From positions 42,594,001 to 42,658,000 of the forward strand of contig OX597829.1 in NCBI GenBank assembly GCA_951406725.2: DNA of 64,000 bases, read 5' to 3'. Position numbers and translations under genes: made by a program. This document shows, in pieces, positions 60,501-64,000 of the stretch; position 1 is the stretch's first letter, and every line of letters starts with the position of its first letter. The notes below the pieces were generated by a model. The model ran no database searches, was not told where the DNA came from, and saw only the letters and a list, made by a program, of their open reading frames with translations. Source of the stretch: Octopus vulgaris (taxonomy: Eukaryota).

Positions 60501-61336
60501 ATCTACCCTCAAATCTCTTTTAGACATTTTTCTGTCTGTGCTGGTGTCGGATTTTCGATCCGCCCGGTCTTCTTATTTAGACATCTATAAATCACAGTCA
60601 TTTTTTGATCTTACCTTTCTCGCCTGCTGGAATCACGACTAGATTGCGTTTTACCAGACATTTCCGGAAGCTTTGACCAAAATTACTTTTGAAAGAGTGC
60701 TCTACCTATCACTGTTTAGTAATTTTAGGAAAAAGAGCGCTGGTTTCTTGTCAGTGCTGTCCCTGATGTTGCTGCTATCGGGGCTGTTGCTGCTATCGCT
60801 GCTGTCTTTGCTGTCGTTGATGACGCTGCTGCTGTTGTTGTTGTTGTTGGTAGAATGGTTTTGTTTCCCTTGAAAATTTCTGAAAAAAAAATTGTCGTTG
60901 TTGTCATTGAGTTGCTGTCGCTACCGCAGTTGCTGCTTGCTGTTGTTGTTGTTCTCGTTGTTGCTGCTCGAAGTGTTGTTGTTGTTGATGGTGATGGTGG
61001 CGGTGACAACATCAACAGGCGAAACGCTATCATCCTCTTTCTTCTTCATCAGATAACACTTTACCTTCTCTCTATCTCTCTCATTGACGACTAACGCTCT
61101 CTCCAACATTATTATTGCTGTTGCCATTTTGAAAAATTTAAACATTGTTTCCCACGTGGAAAAGTCAGTAAGTCCACCAAGAAATAAAAAAGGAATTCAC
61201 CAACAGAAAGTTCCCCTATTTTCCACTCTGGTTCAGAATGACATGTAAGTACAGTTATTTTCCGGAGAAAATAAGGATTTTTCAACAACTAAATACGGAG
61301 CCGCGCGGTCAACATGGCTTAACTCGGCAGACGGCC
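57570..61336 (-). mobile_element. Tx1/L1-like LINE, near full length, degenerate and internally deleted, in (TAA)n
   Basis: ORF1 remnants (60242-61145); APE start MKLGCVNVYG..DVTVISQTR; RT motifs KSPGLDGLPYEFY and ITLLNIEFKILAK; C-terminus similar to the 47443 ORF; AATAAA at the 3' end; (TAA)n on both flanks. Confidence 0.88.
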
Positions 61337-61700
<364 letters not shown>

Positions 61701-61883
61701 ATGCCTTTGTTGTGAAGCAAGCTCCTTACCTCACAACCATGTTTACATTTATTTTGATCTTTTTTTCTTTTTCAAAATGTAAAAAGTAACAGGTGTTTCT
61801 AGATTTCAAAAGTTAATTGAATATTAGCATATTGATGGAATATTAATTGAATATTAACATATCGATAATTCCTGCGTTATATC

Positions 61884-61943
<60 letters not shown>

Positions 61944-62164
61944 TACATACAGACAGAACACAACTGTGTTAAATTTCACTACAGCTTTTTCAGACGTGTT
62001 TTTTCTTTTTTTTTTTTGTTAATGAAAAATTTGACTGCATGACGAAAGAGAACGTTTTTTTTCGGGTGAATTAAAAATGAAAACTTTGATTTTGAGAAGA
62101 AAATATTAAGATCTGGAATGTGGATTGAACCTCTCATTCCAGCAACAAAAAAGAGAATACAAAT

Positions 62165-62654
62165 ATTCTTTTCTACTCTAGGCATAGTCGACCTCGGCGG
62201 AATTTGAACTCAGAACGTAAACAGAGACGAAATACATATTTCTTTACTACCCACAAGGGGCTAAACGTAGAGGGGACGAACAAGGATAGACAAACAGATT
62301 AAGTCGATTATATCAACCCTAGTGCGTAACTGGTACTTATTTAATCGACCCCGAAAGGATGAAAGGCAAAGTCGACCTCGGCGGAATTTGAACTCACAAC
62401 GTAACGGCAGACGAAATGCCTATTTCTTTATTACCCACAAGGGGCTAAACACAGAGGGGACAAACAAGGACAGACATAGGTATTAAGTCGATTACATCGA
62501 CTACAGTGCGTAACTGGTACTTAATTTATCGACCCCGAAAGGATGAAGGCAAAATCGACCTCGGCGGAATTTGAACTCAGAAAGTAACGACAGCCGAAAT
62601 ACCGCTAAGCATTTCGCCCGGCGTGCTAACGTTTCTGCCAGCTCGCCGCCCTTA
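62165..62654 (-). mobile_element. Head-to-tail multimer of SINE family B
   Basis: tcgacctcggcggaatttgaactca recurs at about 62188, 62372 and 62555; only the last unit has the complete head. Confidence 0.9.
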
Positions 62655-62679
62655 GAAACTATAAATATTGAAAACACAG

Positions 62680-62945
62680 GTGGGTAAAGACCCCTTTCGG
62701 GCAGGACTGGCCATGAGGTTGTACCCAGAATGTTACCCTCCGAGGCACAAGTCCGGGCAAGATTGTTAATGGAAGACGAGTAGCCATCCTCCATTATCCA
62801 TGCCACTGAAGTTATACAAGGAAAAGGCAAAGGGGCCGATACAGCTTGTCACCAGTAACGTCACAACATATTTCTACAGCTGAGTGAACTTGTGCAATGT
62901 GAAATAAAGTGTCTTGCTCAAGAAGACAACACACAGCCTAATCCG
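62680..62945 (-). mobile_element. SINE fragment sharing the family D central domain, with a different tail
   Basis: cagctgagtgaac..gtgaaataaagtgtcttgctcaag is the reverse complement of 53370-53418; its 3' part is unrelated to families C and D. Confidence 0.7.
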
Positions 62946-63074
62946 GAAGTGTATATATATATATATATGATTGCTACAAACTCGTGTTGGAGTATTGCCA
63001 TCGCCTGATCGAAATTTTCCCACATGCGATGGGTACGACCAGCCATTTTTGTAATAGGTCTCACTTTTTTTCAA

Positions 63075-63112
<38 letters not shown>

Positions 63113-63490
63113 ATATATATGCATGTATGTATGTATATGTACAGATGAGAATTTAAAATTGCATTCAACATTAATATTAACTTGTTAAAGTTAAAGTTAG
63201 GTTCGTTCGAGCAAAATCGAGCTACTTATTGTGTTTCATAACTTCAACTACTTCTCAATTACCTTGATTGCACCCACCTCGACAGTATTACCTGTAATAG
63301 TTCAGGGCACTCGAACTAGCCTGTCTACGGCCAGTCGCGCAGGACACTCATCTCACGATAATTGAGGAACTTACTCCGGAACTATTGAGCAGTATTACTT
63401 TTATATTCTACTATTTTGGAATAATAAATATTCTTCTGTTTTTTAACAATGACATTTTACAAACCTGTATTTGTGCACACACACAGACAC

Positions 63491-63611
<121 letters not shown>

Positions 63612-63937
63612 TTATCAGCACGGAACGCAAACAAGTTTGACATATAAATAAAAATTGAAACAAAAAATATATATACTCGCACATATACATACAGGCTTAT
63701 ATATACATGCATATCCATATGCATGTGCAAAGACACACACGCTCACTCTCACACATACACACACACACCCTCTCTTACACGTACATACACTTACATGCAT
63801 CTCCCCTCTCTGCCTTTGTATGTATATCTATAAAGCATACATACCTATGTATAAATGCGTATCATATGCACGTATGTATATACATTTACATATATATATA
63901 TATATACATATATATGTAAATATATATATATATATGT

Positions 63938-63968
<31 letters not shown>

Positions 63969-64000
63969 TATGTATATATGTATATGTATATGTATATATA

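Noticed and set aside
62187-62600. Regularly spaced repeats that could suggest a CRISPR array
   Set aside because: The intervening sequences are also repeated (whole SINE units), the context is eukaryotic and no cas genes are present.

Overview
AT-rich eukaryotic non-coding DNA. The SINE repertoire and extreme microsatellite load suggest a coleoid cephalopod (Octopus-like); this is an inference. No confident host protein-coding gene is visible, and nearly all listed ORFs are (TA)n/(CA)n/(TAA)n/(CTAT)n artefacts or SINE read-throughs. The window is a mosaic of: (i) about 25 copies of a ~400-bp tRNA-headed SINE with an internal microsatellite (family A), a second tRNA-like SINE (family B) and three modular SINEs that swap heads and tails; (ii) R4/Dong-type RLE LINE fragments; (iii) two Tx1/L1-like LINEs; (iv) Penelope-like element (PLE) fragments; (v) four Tc1/mariner derivatives, two Chapaev3-like transposon remnants and a non-autonomous Helitron. 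Three signals stand out. First, a population of minimal type I hammerhead ribozyme motifs, including a non-autonomous element that joins a tRNA-like B-box to a hammerhead and carries a PLE-style inverted end (9446-10277). Second, a microsatellite-niche pattern: Dong-like LINEs sit in (TAA)n, while two related Tx1-like LINEs sit in (CTAT)n and (TAA)n respectively. Third, several long hairpins that would form dsRNA if transcribed. Family assignments come from motif recognition by eye, without database searches.
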